Shown here in pieces: positions 39,718 through 49,500 of a DNA stretch of 64,000 bases (its first letter is position 1; each line of letters opens with the position of its first letter). The position numbers were made by a program, and so were the translations under genes. Source of the stretch: Psilocybe cubensis. Its lineage: Eukaryota. The stretch lies in the NCBI GenBank assembly GCA_017499595.2, contig CM039009.1, forward strand, positions 2,294,001-2,358,000, written 5' to 3'. The notes under the pieces were generated by a model. That model did not search any database. It saw nothing but the letters and a program-made list of their open reading frames with translations, and was not told where the DNA came from.

Positions 39718-41996
39718 TCAGCGTGGCTGCTCGCGTGCGTGCGTTTTTGCGTGTGCTTGCGTGACACGCATTTTTGCGCAAGAACTATGTTCTGCACGCA
39801 TATTGATGTGTGCTGCACGCATTGTCACAGCTGTGTCACACGTAGGATTTTAATGTAAAAGTGCTCGTTAGCGTTTATTTATAATTATTTGGTGCGTAAT
39901 AATTGTACTATGCCGGCCACCACCATGGGTATCAAGCAGTTAGGATGTAGGTTATTACATTGTTTATGCTGTATTTGAACTAATTAGCATAATATATGCC
40001 TTTAAAAGTCTATAATACATTGTACGTGTAGGTGTTTGAGGCTCGGAACCGGTAGAACTTCAATTTGTTGTTACAGGGCCATACAAACAATGAACTCAAG
40101 TGACAAGGGATGGTTTGGTATGCCGTGTCCCTCGGCGTGGCCTCGCAACAATCTCCGACTCCGCAACCAAGAGTGGGCAATAAGATCGGCAAAGGTTTAT
40201 GATCGGTAATATCCGATCAAACGTTGAACTTGGAGAAACACGACAATTTTGTCTATTTGACATGCAACTTATGTTGTTGAACGACCACCAGCGTGACACC
40301 ACAGCACGCTAGGTGCACTCAAAGGCACGCATTTGCCACGCAAGCAGCACGCGACCCACTTTCCCACGTTAACGCGATGGCACGCGACGGCACGCGATAG
40401 CACGCGACCCAATTAAGTGCGTGTAATTGGCACGCAAACAGTTGTGATCTGCACGCGATGGCCCCGCGAGCACTTTAAGCTTGCACGCTAGTACGAGATA
40501 ATGCGTTTTGTATTATTCTACTGCAAAATATGTTTGGATGTACCATTAGATATATTGAATTTTGACCTTGGCATTGATATTGAATGTTTCAAAGATTCAA
40601 ATAAATTAAAAAGTGAAACTCAAAGTATCCAATGAAGACTGCATGGAGATTGATGACGCTAAGTCCGACACTGGAGAGTCAGAGCGTCCTGACACGCCTA
40701 TAGTAGAGGACCATCTTGATAAAGAGGAAGATCCACCGAGTTTGCTGGATGGTGCTAAATGTGAGGTTGAAGGGGAAGAACCACCGAATTTGCTGGATGG
40801 TAAACAAATGGAAGAATAGGTCCCACCTAATGGTTCAGATTCTGGCAGAGAATCCTCGCTCCCCCATTCTCAAGTTTCATCTATGCCAGATCCACTCTTC
40901 TCCACTAATTGTCGCTGTGGTGCCACCGGCAACGGAAAAATACTATATCGTGATGATCTTGAAGGTGCAGTCATACAGTGCAACTCCTGCCAAGAGTTGT
41001 CGCATAGAGCTTGTCAGCGTCATGGCAGAGCGTGTAGGCTTCACATAAAGGATACATTCACATGCCATCATTGCAATCTCAATGTTTTGGAGAAGTTTGA
41101 TTGCAGACAAGTCTCTGAGTGCAGGTATTAACTCCACTCTAAGTTTGTTTTACACTATTAAATGTCAATTCTTTTTGTTTCAGGGAGATGGAAGATCGCA
41201 CTCTCTCAAAGAAGCCCTTACACGAACGACTTCGACGAGGAAGAGGAGTTTTGGCAAAGCACGGATCATTCTGGTATCCCGCTCGTTTAATTCATCTGAA
41301 GAACAACGAAGGTTTATTTGGCGTACGCTGGTGGCGAGGTTGCCAATTTCAGGATCCTGGAGTAAAACCTGATACTGTGAGCTTTGTGGGTCAATTAGAT
41401 ATCGTTGACTCTTTGTGGGGTGATAGATACGGACATCGTCAGATCCAGGTCAGTTCATCTATGTGGCTGAAACAATCCTACATATACTCATAGATATTTT
41501 GCTCGGAAAATGGGAACAAGCATGTCAGATGAGTCCCCACGGACGATGATATACTGTCCGATCCATAATCAACTCCTTATTCATGTGAAGTAGACGAGGC
41601 TCTCACACCGGCAAAGAAGATACTGTAGGACCTTCTTTGCGAAAAGGTTGATTCAAACCTTGTTCCTGCAAAAGCTTGGCTGGAAAGCAAGAATAAGGAC
41701 GTCTTCAAAACCATCATTCCCTGGATGACAATTAGTTGTTTAGTACAACTGAATGCGTAGCATACTACATTCCTTGCAGAAAATAGTGTAATATACATTG
41801 ATTTTCATGCGAATATTATACAGAACTTTGCACGCAAATAGCACGGTACTTCAACAACGCTGCACGCGTTTCAACATCATGTACACGCAAGACATAGCAT
41901 TTCGCACGCAAAGTCATGTGAAAGACACGCAAATTTGCTGATTCGCATTTATGCGTGGCACGCAAAAATAGGTCGCACGCGGGCTAACCACGCTGA
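39718..41996. mobile_element. Non-autonomous TIR DNA transposon inserted at the centre of GAAA|TTTC
   Basis: Left end TCAGCGTGGCTGCTCGCGTGCG..TTTTTGCGTG vs reverse complement of right end TCAGCGTGGTTAGCCCGCGTGCG..TTTTTGCGTG; many subterminal CACGC/GCACGCGA repeats; removal restores the MFS frame (HQE-ISVCPSKYRQIL). Confidence 0.88.
40613..41760 (+). pseudogene. Decayed PHD-finger plus Tudor/SH3-like protein carried inside the TIR element
   Basis: CRCG...IQCNSCQELSHRACQ...FTCHHC (C4HC3 PHD pattern); GRGVLAKHGSFWYPARLI..VRWW beta-barrel-like motif; in-frame TAG at 40817-40819 and 41626-41628. Confidence 0.7.
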
Positions 41997-44900
41997 TTTC
42001 CTGGTGCCCTACTTGCTTTCGTGTTGCGCTGGAAACGACCCTGAGCTAGATTTGATGGTTGTACTTTCAACACCAGAGTCGCGGAGCACCTCTTTCAAGT
42101 ATAGATAAGATTAAGATTAACCCTCTAGCTTCTAAGAATGTGAAAACCTTACCGTCCTGGTGTTTGAATCGGAAAATGTATATCAAAAAAATGACGTTGA
42201 GGAAACAAAATGATGCAGAAAGTATGAAGTGGTACGACCACCGATGACCTGACAACTTGGCAAAATGTGTCGAAGATAACGGAGAACTGAACGCTCCAAG
42301 TCCTACGGTTATGTTTAGATCTTTTAGTTAGAGAATGAGATTTGAAGAAGGTCACCATATGATCCTTGTATAATCCCTAGTTTGAGTTTCATATTTCCAC
42401 GCAAGGTCGCGACAAATCCATTTGCCTGTGCGTTCTATACAAATACAAATATGAGTTCGATTTGTTGGGTAATTATATAATGAGCTGACCTGTAGTGATA
42501 TCCCAAAACCAAGGACTACATACGCACAGACCATAACAGGAAAGGGTGGTGTTGGGATGATAATAATATATCCGCATAATTGACAGAATGCGCCTAAGAC
42601 AAGAACCTGGTTTCAGGGTTATTTTGAGTTATTCGTGTCAATATGCATTGGTAAATGTTGCACCTTGCCAAATCCTAGCCGATCAGACAACCAAATATTC
42701 AGAACTGCACCCCCTATAAATCCCTACCATGTAGTCAGTGAGATATATCTGGGAGTTTTCAATACCTCTGGAAACTAATCACCACACAGCTCCCAACGAA
42801 AATTGTAGATACAACCGAGTATCCAATCTAATTTGAGTAGAAATGTTGAATTATGTATCATATAGATGGGAGAAAGCCAAGTGCACCTTGTAATGCTCTT
42901 GAAGCCTAGGTAGCAATGGACCCGCAGTTCCATCATTCCAACCCCCCATCCAAACACACCAGCAAAGCGAGATAAATTGTATAGTAGCTATTCGATTCCA
43001 TGACTGTGTTTCTTTTGTCGTATTCGGGACTTGGAGGCTTTCATTCGTATTTGAGTTGCAGCCATCTGAATATTCTGGGAGCCCCTCTTGGACTTCATCG
43101 ATGGTAACATTCGCCGAATAAGCTTTGATGGCTATTACTGGGGTTTCAGGGGAAATTGAATGAGACGAAGGTGATGGAGGAGTTAGCTGCTCGCTGTTTA
43201 CTCTCAAGGGACAAACGTCCAAAGTTCCTGGTGTTTCATGGACTTTGTGAGGGGTGTTGTGATCCATTATGCGCCCGTGTGCTGGAAGTCTAATACGACT
43301 GCCGTCTGAGTTCTGATGACCTGAATATTTCAGAAAAGGAAGCCTATGAGATGGAGATCGAGTGACATTTGGGTTCTTATTTGTAGTTTTTTCTTATCTA
43401 TGATATGTTGACCGTGATCCCACGAGATCCATAATCTCAAATAAACTTAAAGTGCCACTGAAGAACATTAAGCCGTGGAGTTTACGTAGGAATTGCGGAC
43501 TAGGAATCATGATGAGATCCCTTCAACTCGTTGTATAATTTGCATGTGTGATTCTCCCGTGAGATCGACATGGCATTTTTTTGTATTTTCATGCCCTACA
43601 CGATAGTTTCTTGCCTTAAAAGAGCCTTCTATCCTATGATATTTCCCTCCGAGCGACATGTATTTAACAGTATGTCCTACTCCGCTGACTGGAAGTTAAA
43701 TCCAAAACATCGTCGAGGGTTTGTATGGACAAAATCAATTTTCTTACTACTAGTACTCAGACACTCCGTGGTACCTTTGCTCTTAACGTAAGCGCTTTGA
43801 GAGGATTCTTGGAAATAATTTTGTTCACAAACATATCAAGCGGAACATGGTGAGGTCACGGCGCGACCGAAAAGCCCTTGTCGTTCCTTTCAACCATATC
43901 TGCGTGTATTTTTACAAGTTTTCTTCACAGAGTACATCTCTGCATACATCTCTGCAGAAAGGTACATAATTACTAATATGAATAGACTTAAATGGCCGAT
44001 GTATGAATCGCCCATCCAGATTTTCTAATTTTTCGGGGTACAAGAAGCCAACCTCGACTTCCTGTCAAAAATGACTGATTTTCCGAAGGATAACCATCAA
44101 TGATTTCCTGCGGATGTAACAGATAGTGGGACGCTTAAACCAAAAATAACAACAAGTAGTGAAAATTTCTGAAGATTCCGTATCCTTTTAACCGAATTGA
44201 CGCACTGCTAATTACTATGCAGTCAGAATGTAATTCATTAGTGATATTAGTTTCCCTTTCTTTATGAATTTTGCTTGAGTCAGTAGTGTTGCATGCATAG
44301 CATAGTACGGAGTCGCACGAGCTGAAGCTCGGATTAATTATCATATCGGATATGTCGACACAATACGCCGTACCAATAACGCATTCACACATGATACGCG
44401 CCCGCAGTACGCGCCCACGCACCCACAGTGTGTGCTCTCGCTACAAGGTGTGGGTAAATTATGGATGTTTAGGACGCCGACTCGGCCGAACAAATGGTAG
44501 TGTTCGAGGTGAGCGCTCTATGTTTAGGCTTCTTACATGTTGTATAATAGGATATTGTAAGCACGACCACTAACTCTTACACTCTTTACCTTTATATTAT
44601 GCTCCCTCGTTCCTCCTTCTCTTTTGTTTTTATCTCACCCTGTCAGTTTCTCTCCCAGAGGCAGAATCAAGTAATTTTCTCTCCTCTGTCATAGTAACGG
44701 TGCTTTCGCTGCATCCATAGCAGGTTTCAGGAGATAATTGATCTTGAAATCATTCCGCACAGAAGAAACTGTGCCCATAGGCCCATTGGTGACACTCCAA
44801 TTATCTTTATAAAAGATGTTCAAGTTATCTGGAGCCTGCGCTACTCTAAACTTCTCGTATCATTTTACAGGTTATCCCAGGCAATGGCAGACTGTCTCAA

Positions 44901-45997
44901 TTTCAAGCTGTTACGTTGGTGCGCCATTGGTCAAGCTGGATAGGAAATAAATTGCACACCAACTGTGCAACATAATGGAAATATGATGGTGACACTTTTC
45001 AAGTATATGAACAATCTGAAGCCGTACCGAATGGTGCATCGACCTGTGAGCAACCTATAAGTCGAAGATTATTCCAAGCTTCAAGCTTCAAGCTTCAGGA
45101 CTTCGTGTTGCATCTGAGTCTTTCCAGGTCACGAGGACATGGTCCGTGCGCAAATCAAACCGCCAAACGATATCAAATGCACAACAAAGTTGCCAGGTAC
45201 TTGAGTCTTGTATTCAGTATCAATGTTCATCAATCCACAGCGATAGTATTACTGTATAAGCAAAGGTCATGTCACGGGTATCATGACCAACTCAACGTAT
45301 AGGTTTTGCGTCTGCACAACGTGCAGGTGTCATCGCTTGATACTATGGGATGAGTAGATGATTAGCACGATCATTAGCTGATTGGTGTCTGTGCATATGC
45401 TCCAAATTGTCTAGTTCGTGATGACCGAGCTTGCTTCATTACCAGGATACAAGGGTGTGCCCGAATGGCATGCCCGCTTGAGACGGGCAGATAGACGTCA
45501 GTTAGCAAAGGCGGGACAATCTTCTTGCTGCGCCGAGGCCGGCATGTCAAACGAGCACCTCAGTGACTCCTCTTCGGCGTAACTTTACTGACTTTTATGT
45601 GGATAATAAAAAAGTATTAAGAGCTGCACTGCTATTTAACCATTAACCTAAGACTTTTATACATATGTGCGTCCGAATATCAAAAACGAACTTCAACAAA
45701 GCTACATACACACTGACACAGACCAAAGCAACGCCCTCGACTGAAGATCACAGTTTAATTATAAACCCAACTTACGTTACTTACGTAGCTGCAGGCTCAC
45801 TTTATCCCTAGAACCGGGTAAGGATCAAGTAAGAGATATTTTTAAACCACCCACTAAATGCAGACTGTTTTGTATAAAGACAGTCTCGGCGTATTTGAAT
45901 GTAAAACCACCCTCCAGCTCCTACATTCGTCTGCTGAAGCTTTGGTCTTTTGATAGAGACCTTAAATTCACCTAATCTCCCAAGCCTGAAGCTTGCG

Positions 45998-48051
45998 ATG
46001 CGGGACTCGGAAGCGGTCTTTAAAGAGCCGAAATACGCACTGTCAAATGCGTCTACAGTGGGAGATATACCGCAAGGGGAGATCCCCTTACCACAGGGTC
46101 TACCAATACCCGAGGGTGGTTTCAAGATTCTGCAACAACCAAAGTTTGCGTTATCGAACGCATCAACGGTGGGGAGTCCGTTCCCGGGAAGTGGTTTCAA
46201 AGTTGAGGTTGAACCTGCGGTACCTCTGCCACCTAAACCTGTCACCGAACTCCCCTTTCCTGAGGGAGGGCTTGCTGGTTGGGCGACAGCTCTTGGGGCG
46301 TAAGTGCGATTTATTCGAAGCAAAACTTCATAATGTCTCATCATCAACATCATTAGATTTCTTATTCAGTTCTGTGGCTTTGGGTATGTGTTTTCTTTCC
46401 GAGCCTTCCCCGAAATGTATTGGTTATTTATGGACTCGCAGATACTCGACTTCTTACGGCGTGTTTCAAGGTCTAGCAATTGTCACAATATGATTATTAA
46501 GTACTGATCAACGTGAACTCGAACAGATTTCTACGTCCGTGAATATCTTACAAAGGAAAGCTCATCTGCTATTGCGTAAGTGCTCGGAAAAATACAGGAT
46601 ATCGATTCCTCTCATTCCTCGTGTGTAGATGGATTGGAAGCATCAATGCATTCCTCGTTATCTCTGGTGGACTGCTGGCCGGTCGAATTTACGACAGAGG
46701 GCACTTGTAAGCTTACACTGCCGATACTCGATGTATATTTTCTAAATATCGTGATCGACAGTTATGCGCTCCTGTGGGGAGGATCTACATTGATCTCGTT
46801 TTCCTTGTTCATGCTGTCTCTTACCAAAGAGAACCACTACTATCAGATTTTGTTATCCCAAGGATTCGGAGTTGGTATTGGAATCGGAATGATATACGTT
46901 CCCTCCGTGGCCATACTCTCGCATTACTTTCGACGGAGACGGAATTTGGTAATGACTGTTGTTGCCGCTGGATCATCACTTGGAGCTGTTGTGCATCCTA
47001 TTATGCTTAATAACACAATCCCCAAAATTGGATTCGCCAAAGCGACCCGCGCAAATGCTGGCTTAGTCTCTGGACTACTTTTCGTGGCGTGCTTGATCAT
47101 GAGGACAAGGCTTCCTCCTCCGTCAAGCACCCCAGATCTACGAAAATCTCTCATCAAATTTTCGAAGGACAAAGCATATATATGCTGTACTTTAGGGTAC
47201 GTCCGTATGCTTGGCAAATGTGCGAACAACTTACCTATCCTACCACAGGTTCTTTTTCTTCATAATTGGATTCTATTACCCAATATTCTATCTGCAGTTG
47301 GATTCAATAACGCATCATTTAAGCCCCAACTTCGCGTTCTATTCAGTGAGAAATATCCTCACACTCTCCAATGCGAGACTTAATCGGTTTTTAGCTTGTG
47401 GTAATGAATGGATCGTCCTTTATGGGCAGAATTTTTGCCGGCTTTACTGGCGGTGCAATCGGCATCGGAAATCTTGTTGTTATATCCACAGCAATCTGCA
47501 GTATTTTGATCTTCTGTATGATCTTCATCTCCAGTGTGGCGAGTGTCGTTATCATCGCCATTATCTACGGCTTTTCGTCGGGTGCATGTAAGATGATTTT
47601 ATGATTCATTAAAAGATCTCATTATCAGTCCGTTGACCGTGCAACTCAGATGTCGCTCTGATGGCACCTATGGTGGCCAATCTTGCGGATGACTTTTCCG
47701 AAATTGGACTGCGCATGGGAATAGGTTTTACACTGGCTGGTTCGTCTTCTCAAAGTATCACAGTGGATATCGGTACATGAGAGCTTTTTCCAGGTTTTGG
47801 AGGCCTAGTCGGCACACCTATTGAAGGAGCTTTGCTTACCTCACGCTACATCTGGTGGAGACCAACCGTATTTAGCGGAGTAGGTTTTTTTATGACACAC
47901 TGGTAACCTTTACTCAAGCTTTTATCTGCAGGTAATGGCAACAACTGGATGTATAATGTACATTGGGATGGTCCTGTTTCTGAAGCAAAAGAAGAAACGA
48001 CAGGCGGCGGCGAAAGATATTGTCCTTGGGAGTATCAAGGCAGCAGCGTAG
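45998..48051 (+). CDS. MFS monocarboxylate-permease-like transporter (MCT/Mch family), multi-exon
   Basis: FPEGGLAGWATALGAFLIQFCGFGYSTSYGVFQDFY, AGRIYDRG, SQGFGVGIGIGMIYVPS, HYFRRRR, GSSLGAVVHPIML, GLRMGIGF, GTPIEGALL; stop TAG 48049-48051. Confidence 0.92.
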
Positions 48052-48460
48052 TCGTGAAGGGATCGTGAACGCGGAGGCTTTGATTGGACAATGGACATGT
48101 TTGAACATACATTTCTCTAGAGTGCAATATTTGTATCTGTTAAGCTTGTACATTAGTAAAGCAGGTCCGGCACCGCAATCGTAATATTGTAAATTATGTG
48201 CTATTTGGGTGATACTGGATGTGACGATATCATGCCATGACTCCAAAAGGAGAAAAAGACAACGTATCGGCCCATGTTTACTTTTCCAAAATCGGCACGC
48301 CACTCAAATGTGTGCATGGACCACCATGAGCGCTTATTGTGTTTATTCGATCACAAGTGCAACCAGGTCCATGCGTAACATCTTTCGCCACTCCATACCA
48401 TGCGGTATAAAATAACCAAGAATCTGAAGCAATGTCTCGCCACTACTCCTAGATACGAAC

Positions 48461-48943
48461 ATGTCTGTCATTCCAAACTCGCCGTATGCTCTCCGTCGTG
48501 CGGAATACCGTTATACGACTCCGCCTCGCACACAGCGCTCAGAATTGATCTGTCCCCCAGCTCCGCGTAAGCCCCGAAAGCGCCCAGTGCTCACCCCAGA
48601 CATGGTTCGTGATATTCCCGAATTTCATTTCACACCTGTCAAGAGATTCCAGACGCCGCCGCCACCGACCGGTACCAATTTCATATGCCCCCCTGCTCCC
48701 AGAAAGAAGGTTAGAGACGAGCGCTTTTCGACAGCACTTCATGGTCATGAAAGTCCCATCGCAGCTTTGCAAGCGACGTCCTATTACTGGCTCAGATCAA
48801 GAAAGGTTCCAAACACCAGAGGTATAGGAACAGCTTTACCAGCTCGACGCTCTAACAGAAGTGAAAGAATGTATATGGAAACTATGCGCACCCGTAAATT
48901 CCGCCAACCTAGCCGTACCAACAAGCCCTCTCCTGTCTGCTAG
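48461..48943 (+). CDS. Hypothetical basic Pro/Arg-rich protein with two TP...CPPAPRK repeats
   Basis: Single-exon 160-aa ORF with TATAAA ~55 bp upstream; TTPPRTQRSELICPPAPRKPRK and QTPPPPTGTNFICPPAPRKK. Confidence 0.6.
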   Translation: MSVIPNSPYALRRAEYRYTTPPRTQRSELICPPAPRKPRKRPVLTPDMVRDIPEFHFTPVKRFQTPPPPTGTNFICPPAPRKKVRDERFSTALHGHESPIAALQATSYYWLRSRKVPNTRGIGTALPARRSNRSERMYMETMRTRKFRQPSRTNKPSPVC

Positions 48944-49045
48944 TCAGTGAAACTGGGGCGAAATTTCAATATATATACCGTTTTAGTACACAAACAATTT
49001 CGATACAATGCCAACATTTTCTGCGCCCACCTGTAGTGACTACTA

Positions 49046-49385
49046 TTATGTATCATACCCTGGCAGTTTCCCAAGTGCCATGATATATCCTGGTGGGGAG
49101 TGTCCCAACTGCCCAAGATGATGTATCAGAGGGCCTGTGGGCTACAGAATGGGTGCCGGGCATAGTGATGGGTGCCGGGCCATCAAAAAGCCAAACAACG
49201 CAGCAAATGGCCCCGCAGGGAGAATTTTTCAGTTTTACACTCTCTCATGGGTGTTTTGGCCACGAAAAACTGATAATTTTATCTATAAATAAAGCTACTA
49301 TCTAATGCCACCGTTTGCGCACAAATATGTGGGGAGGACGGGGTGGATGGCTCTGGGGTCGCTCGGATGACGAGTTTTAAAATAG
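49046..49385 (+). repeat. Left terminal inverted repeat of KDZ element
   Basis: First 97 bp (TTATGTATCATACCCTGGCAG...CTGTGGGC) match reverse complement of right end with 6 mismatches; weaker homology continues through CCGTTTGCGCACA..GGGTGGATG..GGATGACGA..AAAATAG. Confidence 0.92.
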
Positions 49386-49500
49386 ATGGGTGCCAACATG
49401 ATGTCATTCTGATACCATCAATTATGATCGCATCTGTCGATGTCCTATAAATAATTAACGACTATTATTGGATGACTAAAGTGAAATTACATGGGTAAAA

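Larger units (their letters stand above)
38822..43267 (-). pseudogene. MFS transporter (Bsc6/TsgA-like), disrupted by a 2.28 kb TIR-element insertion and an in-frame stop
   Basis: GWNDGTAGPLLPRLQEHY, RWSYHF, KYRQIL..LIYIGVEVTIGGWIVSF, SGYISSAFFGGLTLGR, GITGSAAFPLITGLLSS; exon split at 39718-41996; in-frame TAG at 42046-42048. Confidence 0.85.

Noticed and set aside
44352-44700. Possible solo LTR beginning TGTCGACACA with pyrimidine-rich end
   Set aside because: No defined CA terminus with matching TSD
45076-45098. AAGCTTC x3 repeat; also (GA)n near 13505-13525 and GATACT repeats near 10960-10995
   Set aside because: Ordinary microsatellite-type repeats
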